Position numbers and translations under genes: made by a program
Shown here: one piece after another, positions 9,684-19,688 of the stretch
How positions within the stretch are numbered: position 1 is the stretch's first letter
Layout of the letters: the number at the start of each line of letters is the position of its first letter
The notes under the pieces: model-generated
Told to the model about the DNA's origin: nothing
What the model saw: only the letters and a program-made list of their open reading frames with translations
The model's database searches: none
From: Alphaproteobacteria bacterium UBA2966
GTDB lineage: Bacteria; Pseudomonadota; Alphaproteobacteria; UBA2966
Assembly: GCA_002348365.1 (NCBI GenBank)
Contig: DEBC01000089.1
Coordinates: forward strand, 7,794-71,793
Direction of reading: 5' to 3'
DNA: 64,000 nucleotides

Positions 9684-11215
9684 TGTGCGGCCGCACTCGT
9701 CTCGGTGAGTCCGAGCTTGTCGGCGAGCCCGATGCGCTGCAGCTTTCCGGTGGCACCTTTCGGAATCTCTTCAAGGAATACGATGGTGCGGGGGACCTTG
9801 AAGGCGGCCAGACGTTGGGCCGCAAAATCACGAAGCTCCTTCTCCGTCAGCGAAGATCCATCGCGTAGAACGATGGCGGCTGCGACGTCCTCGCCCAATT
9901 TGTCATGGGGCAGGGCGAAGGTGACGGCTTGAGCCACTGCCTCATGGTCCATCAAAATCTCATCCACTTCGAGCGGCGATATCTTCTCGCCGCCGCGATT
10001 GATGATCTCCTTCAAGCGTCCGGTGATGGTGAGATACCCGTCTTCGTCGAAATAGCCCTGATCGCCCGTCCTGAACCAACCGTCGTCGAATGCGGTGGCA
10101 TTGGCTTCGGGATTGGCCTCATACCCATGCGTGACGTTTGCACCCCTGATAACGACTTCGCCAACGGTACCTTGATCCTGCACGGCGCCCGACTCATCGA
10201 AGATCGCGACTTCGGGCCCTGCCGGAAGCCCCACTGAACCGGGTTTCCGGGCTTGGGGTGGCAACGGGTTGGATGCCATCTGATGTGCGGCCTCTGTCAT
10301 GCCATAGGACTCGATCACGGGGACGCCGAACACTTCCTCCAGCTCTGCCATGACCTGAGACGGCAGGGATGCGCTGGACGATCGGATCAGGCGCAGATCG
10401 GAGTCTTCGATGATCTCGCGGTTGCGTGCTGCGCGGGACAAGATGGCCTGGTGCATCGTCGGCACGGCCGTATACCAGGTCGGTCGAACTTCCTCGAGCC
10501 ATGCGAAGAATCGCAATGCATTGAACCCCGGGGGGCAGTGCACGGACGCGCCAGCCGCGAGGCTCGACAGCACGGCGCCCATCAGGCCGTGAATGTGGAA
10601 AAGCGGCATGACATTGAGGCAACGGTCATCGGCGACCAGCGACAGCGTCGTCGAGATGTTCCGGGCGGATGCGCAGACGTTGGTATGACTCAACGGCACG
10701 ATCTTGGGACGCGACGTCGTGCCCGACGTGTGCAGAACCAGCGCGATGTCATCGGCCTTGGAATCACCATCCTCGGAAGGAGCTGCCGCGGCGTCTCCCA
10801 CCAGTGCGAACGATCCGGCAGTATCCGTCGGCTGGCTGGACAGCTCCAATACAGTGATGCCGAGGCGCTTTGCGACGGCTACGGCTGGCGACTCGTCTCC
10901 ATCGGCAACGATCAAGGCTTTGGCGTTAAGGTCACTAAGGTAAAACTCGAACTCTTCGTCGCGGTACGCGGGATTCAACGGCGCCGTGGTCGCTCCTGCG
11001 GCCACCGACACGAAGGCGCTCGCCATTTCGGGGCCGTTTGGCAGGACAATCGCTATTCGATCGTTTCGGCCAATGCCGAAGTCGCGCAATGTCGCGACGG
11101 TTTGTGCCGCATGTGCCCGCAGTCCGTCATAGGTGGTGGAAATGCGTTCAGGCGCGCCAATGGCGACGGCATTGGCATCGCCGCGCGAGAGGAGATCGAG
11201 GATCGTGTCTGACAT
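9680..11215 (-). CDS. Acyl-CoA synthetase, probable oxalate--CoA ligase
   Basis: HTSGTTSRPK, PLFHIHGL, PTWYTAVPTMHQ, YGMTEAAHQM, PKGATGK. Confidence 0.85.
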   Translation of the reverse strand: MSDTILDLLSRGDANAVAIGAPERISTTYDGLRAHAAQTVATLRDFGIGRNDRIAIVLPNGPEMASAFVSVAAGATTAPLNPAYRDEEFEFYLSDLNAKALIVADGDESPAVAVAKRLGITVLELSSQPTDTAGSFALVGDAAAAPSEDGDSKADDIALVLHTSGTTSRPKIVPLSHTNVCASARNISTTLSLVADDRCLNVMPLFHIHGLMGAVLSSLAAGASVHCPPGFNALRFFAWLEEVRPTWYTAVPTMHQAILSRAARNREIIEDSDLRLIRSSSASLPSQVMAELEEVFGVPVIESYGMTEAAHQMASNPLPPQARKPGSVGLPAGPEVAIFDESGAVQDQGTVGEVVIRGANVTHGYEANPEANATAFDDGWFRTGDQGYFDEDGYLTITGRLKEIINRGGEKISPLEVDEILMDHEAVAQAVTFALPHDKLGEDVAAAIVLRDGSSLTEKELRDFAAQRLAAFKVPRTIVFLEEIPKGATGKLQRIGLADKLGLTETSAAAQ

Positions 11216-11349
11216 GTTCGCCGAAACTGAGTGAGGGTCGCCTCTGAAAGTGCCAAATACCCCTGGAGCGTCTGACGATCAGAGGGCTGGCGTGATTCCA
11301 CTCGATCACGCCGTCACAGGCAAGTCTTTAGGGAATCAGAAGGCGCAGA

Positions 11350-11805
11350 CTAAGTTTTGACCGTGAGGGGCAGGAACCGGATTTCGGAATCGGTCGCCCG
11401 CTGTTCTGTTGCCTGGTATGCCGCGACGGCCTCCTCCGCCATTCCGGGCCCTTTGCGCTCGTCCTGCGGCATCGTCTGTTGGGCTATAAATTGGGTCAGT
11501 AAGGGACTCGAGTAGGTCGCGAAGCCACTAAAATTTCCCGCATTGGTCGGGTGGTGCGGCCGGTCCTTCGCAGGATGGAAGTCTCGACCGGCGCGATCCG
11601 CTGCCCGTCTGCCGGAGTAGCCCTCGGCACGACGGTCCTAGCTCCTTATCTGTTCGTTGCTCTGGTAATCATGGAATGCGGGGCGGGCACGTCCATGATG
11701 GGCCTCCCCGCGTAGTCGAAGGTTGCCGGACTCATAGAAGCTCGGTCGCTCGCTGGGGGCGTGGACCGATGGTTGTACGATTGCTAGGGACGTTGCGGCT
11801 GTCAC
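11350..11805 (-). pseudogene. Hypothetical 151-codon gene interrupted by TAG (absent from the ORF track)
   Basis: GTG 11805 opens 55 codons, TAG at 11638-11640, then 95 open codons (SPLLTQFIAQQ...EEAVAAYQA) to TAG 11350. Confidence 0.5.
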
Positions 11806-11884
11806 GTCGGCCGTCTTCTGCCCTTTAAAAACCTGCCCAAATAACTGGCGAGCATTCTATTCTCGAGAAGTTACTTAAAATTAA

Positions 11885-11898
11885 AGATAATTTTATCT
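11885..11898. promoter_or_regulatory. Inverted repeat AGATAA-TT-TTATCT in an AT-rich divergent intergenic region
   Basis: Perfect 6-bp arms seen in sequence; regulator unknown. Confidence 0.3.
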
Positions 11899-12186
11899 CG
11901 AATTATGTTAGCATTTGATTCACCATATCATTCTGACGGGTGGGCGAGCCCGGAAACCCAGGGTTTTCGCGGGTTTGTCTATATACGTCGGGCGTCGGAA
12001 AAGTATCCTCGAGAGCCCTGGATTATCGGAAATTCCGCGAAAAATGATGATTCACGGGTTGGAAGTTGGTCTGACTTCGTGCCCGGCAGGGTATCCGATG
12101 CCCCGGGACCCTGCCGGGCACGGTTGTGTCCAGAGTATGCCAGCCCCTATGACAGGTTGATGAAGCCCCAGGTTTGAGGATTCTGC

Positions 12187-13134
12187 GTGGGAAACGGACG
12201 GACACAGCCGACTTTGATCGGGACAATTGCGATAGTGATGTGGGCGGCGCTTGCAGTGCTCACGGCACAAACCGGCCGAGTTCCGCCGTTCCTGCTGGTC
12301 GCTTTATCCTTCACGTTGGCGTTCGCCATCGGAGTCGTGTTTTGGCTCACGGAAGCGGGGCAGGAAGACGGGCAAAACATGGTCGCCCGCGTCGCCTCCC
12401 ACTTCAAGCTGCCGCTCGGGGTTTGGATACTCGGAGTGGGCGGGTTGTTCGGCTATCACTTCTTTTACTTCGTGGCTCTGCGAAACGCGCCACCGGTGGA
12501 AGCCAGCCTGATCGCATATCTGTGGCCGCTCTTGATCGTTGTCTTTTCGGGATTTCTACCAGGTGAGCGACTGCGTTGGTGGCACCTTGCCGGAACGGCC
12601 GCAGGATTGCTGGGCACGGCCGTTCTCATCACCGGCGGCGAAGTCTCGTTCAAAAGTGAATTTGCGGTGGGATATGCGGCTGCGGCGGTCTGCGCTCTGA
12701 CGTGGTCTGGCTACTCCGTGCTTTCGCGTGCCGTGCGGCATGTCCCTAGCAGCGCGGTCGGGGCCTTTTGCGGCGTAACCGCCGTCCTCAGCTACGGCGC
12801 GCATCTTGCCCTGGAATCGACAATCTGGCCGGCAAGTGTTGGAGAATGGCTGGCGGTCGCTGGGCTGGGCTTGGGCCCTGTGGGGGCGGCGTTCTATCTA
12901 TGGGATCACGGCGTCAAGCACGGGGATATCCGAATTCTTGGGGCATCCTCATATGGAGCGCCTTTGCTCTCGACATTGATACTGATTGCCGTCGGTTTAG
13001 CTGATGCCACATGGCAGGTTGGCATCGCCTGCCTGTTGATTACGGGCGGGGCAGTATTGGCGGCACGAGAGATGATCGAGCTCCGCCGTTCAAAAGAGCC
13101 GTCATCGCGTGACGGCCCACCGCGCGCGGGTTAG
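12187..13134 (+). CDS. EamA/DMT family exporter (YddG-like)
   Basis: About 10 TM helices, ALRNAPPVEASLIAYLWP, WDHGVKHG. Confidence 0.85.
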   Translation: MGNGRTQPTLIGTIAIVMWAALAVLTAQTGRVPPFLLVALSFTLAFAIGVVFWLTEAGQEDGQNMVARVASHFKLPLGVWILGVGGLFGYHFFYFVALRNAPPVEASLIAYLWPLLIVVFSGFLPGERLRWWHLAGTAAGLLGTAVLITGGEVSFKSEFAVGYAAAAVCALTWSGYSVLSRAVRHVPSSAVGAFCGVTAVLSYGAHLALESTIWPASVGEWLAVAGLGLGPVGAAFYLWDHGVKHGDIRILGASSYGAPLLSTLILIAVGLADATWQVGIACLLITGGAVLAAREMIELRRSKEPSSRDGPPRAG

Positions 13135-13166
13135 AGTGCCGCCAAACCTTTCGGGAGGAGCAACCG

Positions 13167-13958
13167 ATGATCGTCGAGCAAGTGTGGACGGCCAACAATT
13201 TTCGTAACTTCAATTACCTGATTGTCTGTCCCGAGACAGGAGAGGCATTGGCCATCGACCCTCTGGATCACGAGAAGTGTCTGGCGGCCGCTGAGTCCAA
13301 CGGTTGGCAAATCACCCTGGTCCTGAACACACACGAACACCACGATCACATCGGTGGAAATCAGGCCGTGATCGAAGCAACGGGTGCCAAGCTGCTCGCC
13401 CACAAGAACGCCAAGGAGAAAATCCCCGATATGGATGTCGGACTCGGTGCGGGCGACGTGGTGAAAGTCGGTCGGACGGTCGAGCTCGAGTCATTGGATA
13501 CGCCCGGCCACACCATGAGCCACGTCTGCCTCCTGTCGCGTACAGATCAGCCGGCACTGTTCTGCGGCGACACGCTGTTCAACGCGGGTGCGGGAAACTG
13601 CCACAACGGCGGCCACCCGGCCGAGCTTTACGACACGTTCGTCCGGCAACTGGCATCTCTGCCCGACAACACATTGATTTATCCGGGCCACGATTACATC
13701 GCCAACAATCTGGAGTTCACCCTGGACCGAGAGCCTGACAATCCCCGTGCACCGGAACTCCTGAAACAGGTCGGCGATCAGGATCCCAATGATGCACTGG
13801 TCTCCACGCTGGGGCTGGAGAAAGAGATCAACACGTTCTTCCGTCTCCACAACCCGACCGTCATCGCAAAATTGCGTGCAGCCTTTCCGGATCTGCCGGA
13901 TGAGCCAGACGAAAAAACTGTCTTCCTCAAACTGCGCGAGCTCCGCAACAGCTGGTAA
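13167..13958 (+). CDS. gloB: Hydroxyacylglutathione hydrolase (glyoxalase II, MBL fold)
   Basis: THEHHDH, TPGHT, GDTLF, PGHDY, EKEINTFFR. Confidence 0.85.
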   Translation: MIVEQVWTANNFRNFNYLIVCPETGEALAIDPLDHEKCLAAAESNGWQITLVLNTHEHHDHIGGNQAVIEATGAKLLAHKNAKEKIPDMDVGLGAGDVVKVGRTVELESLDTPGHTMSHVCLLSRTDQPALFCGDTLFNAGAGNCHNGGHPAELYDTFVRQLASLPDNTLIYPGHDYIANNLEFTLDREPDNPRAPELLKQVGDQDPNDALVSTLGLEKEINTFFRLHNPTVIAKLRAAFPDLPDEPDEKTVFLKLRELRNSW

Positions 13959-13970
13959 GCAGAGCGGCTA

Positions 13971-14570
13971 TCATTCGCGAGGCGTGGTGTCCTGCAGCGA
14001 GGGACGCGCGGCTATCTCCTGATACCAGGATGCCAGTCGGGGGTGGTCTTCCCGCCAGTCGAAGTCGGGCAGCCGGAAATCGAGGTAGCCCAGGCTGATC
14101 CCGGTGGTCAGCAACCCGATATCTATCCCGGTGTAGGTATCCGCCGCAGCCTCCATCGCGTCGACGGCTCGTTCGACAATGCCCAACTGGCGTTCCATCC
14201 ACCATGCCGATTGCTCGCCAGCATCACGCATCAGCTCACGCCGCCTCAGGATGGCCGCATCCATCAAGCCATCCGCCAGCGCCATGCGGGTCAGCGCCTG
14301 CCAGCGCAATGGGCCTTCAGGCGCAAACAGGCGTGGTGGCTCGCGCAGCGAGTCGAGGTATTCGCATATAACGGGGCTATCGAACAGCACGCTGCCGTCT
14401 GGGAGTGTCAGCGCCGGGATCTTGCCGATGGGGTTCTGAGTGGCGATGTCCGTGGCGGGGTCCCACGGATTTGTCGTCTCAAGTTCGAGATCACCAGCAA
14501 CACCGGCCTCGATGGCCGTAGCCATGCATTTGCGGACAAACGGGGAGGTCGTGGAATAACGGAGTTTCAC
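13971..14570 (-). CDS. Glutathione S-transferase family protein
   Basis: SPFVRK, NPIGKIPAL, DSPVICEYLD. Confidence 0.9.
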   Translation of the reverse strand: MKLRYSTTSPFVRKCMATAIEAGVAGDLELETTNPWDPATDIATQNPIGKIPALTLPDGSVLFDSPVICEYLDSLREPPRLFAPEGPLRWQALTRMALADGLMDAAILRRRELMRDAGEQSAWWMERQLGIVERAVDAMEAAADTYTGIDIGLLTTGISLGYLDFRLPDFDWREDHPRLASWYQEIAARPSLQDTTPRE

Positions 14571-14585
14571 GGAACCGGGACCGGA

Positions 14586-14723
14586 TTAGTACTTGTCACG
14601 GCGTTTTCTCAGGCGACCGAATGCCTTCGAAGCCGGCGCGTCGCCATCCAGTTTCACGGCGCGCTGAATCTCAGGCTCGTCAGCCCGCAGAACCGGAACC
14701 TGTTCGATTTCCAGATTTCCCAT
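14586..14723 (-). pseudogene. Internally deleted gloB remnant (45 aa)
   Basis: MGNLEIEQVPVL resembles the GloB N-terminus, fused to RADEPEIQ...FGRLRKRRDKY resembling the GloB C-terminus; sits at the usual gloB position, divergent from the YafS-like methyltransferase. Confidence 0.7.
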
Positions 14724-14913
14724 ACTCACGGCGTATTCCCCCGACAGCCGACGCGAGATTGACGTTGCGGTTCCCCGGATTGCGCCCACCCGCAATACTT
14801 GAGTCGTGATTAAAACTCAACTGTCGCGTGTTGTCGTGTGACCATGGTCACACGATGTTCATTCATTATGCACGTCCGTCCGCGGCAAGTCTCTATGCTA
14901 GCATCCGGTTATC

Positions 14914-15675
14914 ATGCGGCCTGATATCGTCGATTTGGATCAGTTCTACACCACTCGCCTCGGCCAGGTGAGCCGGAGACTGATTCGCCGGCGCCTGCAG
15001 GAAATTTGGCCGGATGTCAGCGGGCAACGTGTGCTCGGGATGGGATACGCAACTCCTTATCTCAGAACATTTCGGGACAAGGCTGATCGGGTGCTGGCGG
15101 CGATGCCCGCCGGTCAGGGAGTCATACACTGGCCAAAAGGGGAGCCCGGACTCGTGACGCTGTCCGAGGAATCCGAGATTCCGCTTCCCGACAGTTCGAT
15201 GGACCGGATATTGCTGGTTCACTGCCTCGAGAACGCCGAGCAGGTGCGACCGATGCTGCGAGAGATATGGCGCGTGATGACGTCGGGCGGAAGGCTCATC
15301 GTGGTGGTACCGAATCGCCGGGGCCTGTGGGCACGCATCGAACGCACTCCTTTTGGATATGGTCAGCCGTTTTCGCCACCACAGTTAAACAGATTGTTGC
15401 GGGAAACCATGTTCTCGCCCACGACGACATCGGCGGCGGTCTCAATCCCGCCTGTGACGTGGCGCCCGCTTCTGCGCATGGCGCCTGCGATCGAGCGCGT
15501 GGGACGGCAGTGGGGCCGGGCGGTCGCGGGTGTATTGATCGTCGAGGCGGGGAAACAGATCTACGCGGTAACCGCCGACCGCGCCCAGAGGGTGCGGACC
15601 CGACGAATGGTGGCTCCTGCGACCAACAACGTATCTCCACGAAACGTGAGGTGCGTCACTTGGCAGAGGGTTTGA
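14914..15675 (+). CDS. Class I SAM-dependent methyltransferase (YafS-like)
   Basis: VLGMGYATPY, LREIWRV, PNRRGLWAR. Confidence 0.85.
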   Translation: MRPDIVDLDQFYTTRLGQVSRRLIRRRLQEIWPDVSGQRVLGMGYATPYLRTFRDKADRVLAAMPAGQGVIHWPKGEPGLVTLSEESEIPLPDSSMDRILLVHCLENAEQVRPMLREIWRVMTSGGRLIVVVPNRRGLWARIERTPFGYGQPFSPPQLNRLLRETMFSPTTTSAAVSIPPVTWRPLLRMAPAIERVGRQWGRAVAGVLIVEAGKQIYAVTADRAQRVRTRRMVAPATNNVSPRNVRCVTWQRV

Positions 15676-15687
15676 AAGTAATTCCCG

Positions 15688-16332
15688 TCAGCCGGTGCCC
15701 GGGCGGCTGAGCAGGAAAACGCCCTGCTCGCTGAGAAGGTTCGCGAAGGGACCGTCACCCACGAAATTCATGCGATTCCCCAATCTGTCTGCTGAGATAT
15801 GGCGCTCGATGCGAATGCTAAGGGCGGCACACAGTTCGATGAAATCCTTAATCGTACAGAAGTGGGAGTTGGGCGTGTCATGCCATTGCTGGGTCAGCGC
15901 TTTGGTGACGGGCATGCGACCCGTCACGGCGAGTTGCCATCGCACACTCCAGTGACCGAAATTGGGAATCGAGATCACCGCGCGGCGTCCAATTCGCAAG
16001 AGTTCAGCGAGGACGTCCCCGGGCCGCCGGACCTGCTGCAGCGTCTGACTGAGGACGGCATAGTCAAATGATGCCGTAGGATAGTTCACCAGGTCTGTAT
16101 CGGCGTCTCCCTGAACGACGGACAATCCCTGGGCGACACACGCATTGACGCCCGCCTGGCTGAGTTCGATTCCCCGACCATCGACGTTCTTGGTTCTTGC
16201 GAGATGATGCAGGAGCGCACCGTTGCCGCACCCGACGTCCAGCACACGCGAACCCGTGTCAATCATGTCGGCGATCAGCAGAAGGTCGACCCGGATGTTG
16301 CTCCCGGGATCAGATGTCGGGCCGGAACTCAC
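15688..16332 (-). CDS. metW: Methionine biosynthesis protein MetW
   Basis: [25 protein letters not shown] overlap with the metX stop. Confidence 0.9.
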   Translation of the reverse strand: MSSGPTSDPGSNIRVDLLLIADMIDTGSRVLDVGCGNGALLHHLARTKNVDGRGIELSQAGVNACVAQGLSVVQGDADTDLVNYPTASFDYAVLSQTLQQVRRPGDVLAELLRIGRRAVISIPNFGHWSVRWQLAVTGRMPVTKALTQQWHDTPNSHFCTIKDFIELCAALSIRIERHISADRLGNRMNFVGDGPFANLLSEQGVFLLSRPGTG

Positions 16333-17504
16333 TGGGTTGTGCCGCTCCAATGTTCCGCGGCGCCCCTCAGGAATCCCCGTATTGTCTCGAACATCTCGGG
16401 TTCATCGAGCAGAAAGGCATCGTGTCCTTTGTCGCTCTCGATTTCGACAAAGCTCACGTTCGCTGCGGCGGCATTCAATGCGTGAACGATGGTGCGGTTC
16501 TCGGAAGTGGGAAACAGCCAGTCTCCTGTAAAGGAGATAATGCAGAACCTGGTCGGGCTCCCCTGAAAGGCGTCTGCCAGTACGCCACGGTACTCGGCGA
16601 TGAGGTCGAAGTAGTCCATGGCTCGCGTGAGATACAAATATGAGTTCGCATCGAAACGCTCGACAAAGACTTCTCCCTGATGCCGCAGATAGCTCTCAAC
16701 CTGGAAATCGGCGCCGAAGCCGTAGGACAAAGTCTCCCGATCCTGAAGCTGACGTCCAAATTTTCGATGCATCGCCGCTTCTGACAGATAACTGATGTGG
16801 GCTGCCATTCGAGCAACCGAAAGGCCGGCGCGTGGGATCGCGTTGTGCGAAAGATAATCACCACCATGCCAATCGGTGTCACCCATGATTGCTAGGCGTC
16901 CCACCTCGTGCAGGGCGATGTTCTGGGCCGTGTGATGTGCCGCGCTGCCGATCGGGATGGCGGCGTGGACGCGCTCGGGATAGGTCACCGTCCACTGCAA
17001 TGCCTGCATGCCACCCATCGATCCGCCGGAAACGCAGAAAATCTTATCGATGCCGAGATGGTCGAGCAGCATCGCTTGAGCCCGAACCATGTCCTTGATG
17101 GTGATGACGGGAAACGAAAGTCCGTATGGCCTTCCCGTTTTAGGGTCGTCGGACCTGGGTCCTGTCGTACCCATGCAACCGCCGAGTACGTTTGCGCATA
17201 CCACGAAGTAGCGATCCGTATCGAAAGGGAGTCCGGGGCCCACCATAAGCGGCCACCAGCCGTCTCTTCCCGTAACGGGATTGATACCGGTGACAAACTG
17301 ATCACCCGTCAGGGCGTGGCAAACGAGAATCACATTGGACTTCTCGTCGTTCAGCTGCCCGTAGGTCTCGTATGCAATGGTGAAGGGGCCCAGTTCCGTG
17401 CCGCTATCGAGCGTGAGAGGCGTCTCGGTGCCGAGCACAACCGTCCGTCCGGCCCGCTCTTCGGGACCGGTGACAACTTCTTCGTGACGCTGAGTGCTAT
17501 TCAT
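16329..17504 (-). CDS. metX: Homoserine O-acyltransferase MetX
   Basis: [29 protein letters not shown]. Confidence 0.92.
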   Translation of the reverse strand: MNSTQRHEEVVTGPEERAGRTVVLGTETPLTLDSGTELGPFTIAYETYGQLNDEKSNVILVCHALTGDQFVTGINPVTGRDGWWPLMVGPGLPFDTDRYFVVCANVLGGCMGTTGPRSDDPKTGRPYGLSFPVITIKDMVRAQAMLLDHLGIDKIFCVSGGSMGGMQALQWTVTYPERVHAAIPIGSAAHHTAQNIALHEVGRLAIMGDTDWHGGDYLSHNAIPRAGLSVARMAAHISYLSEAAMHRKFGRQLQDRETLSYGFGADFQVESYLRHQGEVFVERFDANSYLYLTRAMDYFDLIAEYRGVLADAFQGSPTRFCIISFTGDWLFPTSENRTIVHALNAAAANVSFVEIESDKGHDAFLLDEPEMFETIRGFLRGAAEHWSGTTQ

Positions 17505-17549
17505 CGCTCAACGGAGAACCGCCCACAAAACGCTCAGGGAAGGAAAGCA

Positions 17550-17578
17550 TAGCTATGGACAAGTCTCCGTAATGTCAA
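17550..17578 (-). promoter_or_regulatory. Putative sigma70 promoter for metX
   Basis: TTGACA, 17 nt spacer, TAGCTA on the minus strand. Confidence 0.35.
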
Positions 17579-17653
17579 CGTTTTCTTTGATTTTATGGCA
17601 CCTCAGGACTACTACTATCCTACTCTTTTGGTGCGTAACCATCACAGATCGAT

Positions 17654-18553
17654 ATGGATAAAGAACCGGACACCCTCGGTTCCCTGCGGCGGGAAATCGA
17701 CAAGATCGATACGGCGATCCACGATCTCCTTATGCGCCGATCGGAGGTGGTGGGGCGCATTGATGCCGTCAAGAAACGTGGCAGTGCGCTGCCGACCGGT
17801 ATGCGGCCCGGGCGTGAGGCCAAGGTGATACGTCGATTGATTACGCGCCACCGGGGTGCGCTGCCCGCGGTTGTGGTCGCCCGTTTGTGGCGAGAGCTGA
17901 TTTCGGCATTCACGCGGCTGCAGGGGCCTTTGACGGCTGCTGTCTGTGCGCCGGAGATGTCGGTTGGGTATTGGGACCTAGCACGTGCACATTTCGGTTC
18001 GACAACCCCGATGGCGCTGCATCGTTCGCCCTTCGTCGTGTTGCGCGAAGTGGCGCGGGGCGAGGCGACGGTGGGCGTTTTGCCTATGCCCGAATCCGAT
18101 GACGTGGATCCATGGTGGCCATTGTTGGCAGCAGAGACGGAGAACAAGCTCAAGATCATCTCGCGGCTGCCATTCGTCGAGGACGAGAGTTCCCGCTTTG
18201 AGGATCTTTCGGCAATGGTGGTTTCGCAAATGCCTCAAGACAACACCGATGACGACAGGTCTCTCATCGTTATTGCGGCAAACGCCCGAATCAGTCGCGC
18301 CAGCATCAACGAACTGCTGCAGAGCGTGGCACTCAGCGGGCGCAGTGTCACGGCGCTTGATCGGCGCGAAGATCGACCCGAATGGTTGCATCTGGTGGAA
18401 GTCGAGGAGTATCTCGCTGACAACGATCCCAAAATCGAGTCTCTTATCAAGGGTGGCCGAGGACGCATCCGCAGGGTTGTGGTCATCGGAGGCTTTGCCA
18501 ATCCGATCCGGACAGCCGGCGGCATTCAGCCCACGGCTTCCGCAGCTGAATAG
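17654..18553 (+). CDS. Chorismate mutase with C-terminal extension (alphaproteobacterial type)
   Basis: LRREIDKID...RPGREA...LWRELIS; upstream of hisC-tyrA. Confidence 0.85.
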   Translation: MDKEPDTLGSLRREIDKIDTAIHDLLMRRSEVVGRIDAVKKRGSALPTGMRPGREAKVIRRLITRHRGALPAVVVARLWRELISAFTRLQGPLTAAVCAPEMSVGYWDLARAHFGSTTPMALHRSPFVVLREVARGEATVGVLPMPESDDVDPWWPLLAAETENKLKIISRLPFVEDESSRFEDLSAMVVSQMPQDNTDDDRSLIVIAANARISRASINELLQSVALSGRSVTALDRREDRPEWLHLVEVEEYLADNDPKIESLIKGGRGRIRRVVVIGGFANPIRTAGGIQPTASAAE

Positions 18554-18586
18554 AAAATCGAGCTTCTTTCCGACAGGTTAAATGTG

Positions 18587-19684
18587 ATGAGTGGTCCCAT
18601 CCCACGCGCGGGAGTCCTGGAGATTCCCATGTATGTTCCTGGACGGTCACGGGTTGATGGCCACGACCGGGTTATCAAACTTTCATCCAACGAGTCCGCC
18701 CTGGGTTCCAGCGAGCATGCAGTCGCGGCTTACCGGGAACTGGCGGATCAATTGCACCGTTATCCGGATGGTGGGGCGGTCGAGCTTCGCGAGGCCATCG
18801 CCCGCGTACACCGCGACGGAGGAAATCGGCTCGACGCGGACAACATCGTCTGTGGCGAAGGGTCGGATGAAATCATTCACCTTCTTGCCGCGGCCTACGC
18901 CGGCAGCGGCGATGAGATCCTGCATACGGCTCATGGCTTCGTCATGTACCGGCTGGCGGCGCAGGGCGTCGGTGCCGAACCGGTATCCGTGCCGGAACGT
19001 GACTGGACGCCTGACGTGGATGCCCTGCTTGCAAGGGTCGGGGACCGCACCCGGGTTGTTTTCGTCTCTAATCCCAACCCCACCGGGACCTATCTTCCGC
19101 ACAACGAACTCGCACGGCTGCACGCCGGAATTCCTGAAAACGTGTTGCTGGTGATCGATGCGGCCTATGCGGAGTATGTCACGCGGGAGGACTATGCTTC
19201 GGGGGTCGAACTCGTGGGAGCTGCAGACAATGTCGTGATGACACGAACATTCTCAAAAGCTTACGGCCTCGCCGGGTTGCGGTTGGGATGGTGTTACGGT
19301 CCGGCCGATGTCATCGGTGTTCTCAATCGATTGCGCGGTCCGTTCAATGTGACGGCGCCGGCTCAGGCGGCGGGTGTGGCTGCGGTAGAAGATACCGCAT
19401 TCATCGAACGGGCCAGGCAGCACAATACGACTTGGATTGGTTGGCTCCAGAATGAGCTTGAACAGCTGGGTCTCCAGCATATTCCCAGCGTGACAAACTT
19501 TGTCTGCGTTGAGTTTCGTGACCAGAAGAAAACGGCCGCCGCTGCCATTGATCACATGATGGGTGACGGCATTCTAGTACGGGATATGAACGCATACGGT
19601 TTACCGGATCACGTTCGGATCACCATTGGTCTCGAAGATGAGACGCGTGCGGTTGTCGAGTCGCTTGAACGTTTCCTCGGGTGA
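18587..19684 (+). CDS. hisC: Histidinol-phosphate aminotransferase
   Basis: KLSSNE, DAAYAEY, RTFSKAYGLAGLRLG. Confidence 0.9.
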   Translation: MSGPIPRAGVLEIPMYVPGRSRVDGHDRVIKLSSNESALGSSEHAVAAYRELADQLHRYPDGGAVELREAIARVHRDGGNRLDADNIVCGEGSDEIIHLLAAAYAGSGDEILHTAHGFVMYRLAAQGVGAEPVSVPERDWTPDVDALLARVGDRTRVVFVSNPNPTGTYLPHNELARLHAGIPENVLLVIDAAYAEYVTREDYASGVELVGAADNVVMTRTFSKAYGLAGLRLGWCYGPADVIGVLNRLRGPFNVTAPAQAAGVAAVEDTAFIERARQHNTTWIGWLQNELEQLGLQHIPSVTNFVCVEFRDQKKTAAAAIDHMMGDGILVRDMNAYGLPDHVRITIGLEDETRAVVESLERFLG

Positions 19685-19688
19685 CGCA

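Noticed and set aside
17505..17653. SAM riboswitch upstream of metX
   Set aside because: The leader is short and no SAM-II or SAM-SAH consensus was recognised.
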